From a virus (taxonomy: Duplodnaviria > Caudoviricetes): 24,902 bases of DNA. Position 1 is the first letter of the stretch; every line of letters begins with the position of its first letter. The position numbers and the translations under genes are program-made. The DNA is taken from positions 1-24,902 of IMG/VR virus record IMGVR_UViG_3300010148_000105. One strand, given 5' to 3'. Below are positions 24,354 to 24,902 of this stretch, one piece after another. Below the pieces are notes generated by a model, which searched no databases, was not told the origin of the DNA, and saw nothing but the letters and a program-made list of their open reading frames with translations.

Positions 24354-24707
24354 TCAAGACACTCCTTTTGAGTAAAACATACGCAACTCAATATCAGAGG
24401 CATCGCCTATAGCTTTAAGTTCGCCCCCCGTGTTTGGTACAGATACTATAGCCCCAGTAGAAAATCCGAAATCCAGTGAGGCATCCGCATCACGGGTATT
24501 ACTAAAAGTTAGATAGCATTTACCGCCAGTAGCCCCATTTATACTTACTAGTACCTCATTGGACTTAGCACCATCTAAACTTATAGCGGTTGCAGTAGTA
24601 CCCACAGCAAATGGGCTCCCAGAAACAGGGTTATCCCCATCAGGAAAGGTATTATCCATACCTTTGCCATTGCCATCTTGTGACGTTTTAACTTTAGTAT
24701 TAGACAT
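24354..24707 (-). CDS. Small beta-rich hypothetical virion protein
   Basis: 117-aa ORF, G/S/T/A-rich. VGTTATAI...V.....G..CYL.F...G......L.AI pattern resembles small head-decoration/spike-base proteins. Confidence 0.65.
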   Translation of the reverse strand: MSNTKVKTSQDGNGKGMDNTFPDGDNPVSGSPFAVGTTATAISLDGAKSNEVLVSINGATGGKCYLTFSNTRDADASLDFGFSTGAIVSVPNTGGELKAIGDASDIELRMFYSKGVS

Positions 24708-24731
24708 AAGGTTACCCCATGTTTAAGTTAT

Positions 24732-24902
24732 CTATTTTTTGTTTTTAGATCTTGACCCAGTTCTTTTATTAACTGCTTTAGGATCTGGAGTTGGCTCAGG
24801 ATCTGGAGTTGGCTCAGGATCTGGAGTTGGCTCAGGATCTGGAGTTGGCTCAGGATCTGGAGTTGGCTCAGGATCTGGAGTTGGCTCAGGATCTGGAGTT
24901 GG
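24732..24902 (-). CDS. 3' end of a protein with (PTPDPE)n linker and basic C-terminus
   Basis: Minus frame from 24902 reads (PTPDPE)x6 PTPDP KAVNKRTGSRSKNKK* (TAG 24734-24732). Start is outside the window. A second frame is also open. Confidence 0.6.
   Translation of the reverse strand, partial: PTPDPEPTPDPEPTPDPEPTPDPEPTPDPEPTPDPEPTPDPKAVNKRTGSRSKNKK
24780..24902. repeat. Perfect 18-bp tandem repeat AGGATCTGGAGTTGGCTC, at least 6.8 copies, running off the window
   Basis: Units start at 24780, 24798, 24816, 24834, 24852, 24870, 24888 (partial) with no mismatches. Confidence 0.97.

Larger units (their letters stand above)
1..24902. mobile_element. Siphovirus-like bacteriophage/prophage genome segment (end of replication module, lysis-related genes, tail, neck and appendage genes)
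   Basis: Contiguous phage gene order: VRR-NUC, SNF2 helicase, spanins, J-I-K-L-M tail tip, tape measure, G/GT chaperones, tail tube, terminator, head closure, adaptor. No host housekeeping genes. Confidence 0.97.

Noticed and set aside
24353-24403. Track start at 24403 for the 485-aa ORF
   Set aside because: It overlaps the upstream gene by 50 bp. ATG 24352 has an AAGGAG SD and directly follows the upstream stop.
24780-24902. CRISPR array
   Set aside because: The 18-bp units are directly adjacent with no spacers, and there are no cas genes.
1-24902. Alternative genetic code or stop-codon reassignment
   Set aside because: Genes are full length and tightly packed under the standard code, and TAA, TAG and TGA all terminate genes at expected positions.

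Overview
The whole window is a segment of an AT-rich, tailed dsDNA phage or prophage with a siphovirus-type tail. The spanin genes point to a Gram-negative host. The + strand (1-4132) carries the end of an early/replication block: a 5'-truncated protein with Cys at every third residue (59 times; missed by the ORF track), an internally duplicated hypothetical protein, a VRR-NUC nuclease and an SNF2 helicase. These are followed by two small membrane proteins and a probable unimolecular spanin. The - strand (24902 to 4125) is the late structural operon. It begins with a ~4.3 kb block of extra virion-appendage-like genes (triple C1q/BclA-like domain protein, L-type-lectin-like protein, coiled-coil fibre). 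Next come the head-tail adaptor, a head closure protein with an inserted fibre-type domain, tail terminator, tail tube, G/GT chaperones linked by a -1 frameshift (T frame missed by the track), an HK97-gp10-like protein and the tape measure. After a 374-bp AT-rich repeat-bearing gap follow a lambda-like M-L-K-I-J tip module, two paralogous fibre proteins, an orphan secreted plus polytopic membrane protein pair, and an Rz/Rz1-like pair that collides tail-to-tail with the u-spanin. No capsid, terminase, integrase, recognisable endolysin, tRNA or CRISPR array is visible. Family calls come from motif recognition by eye, not from database searches.
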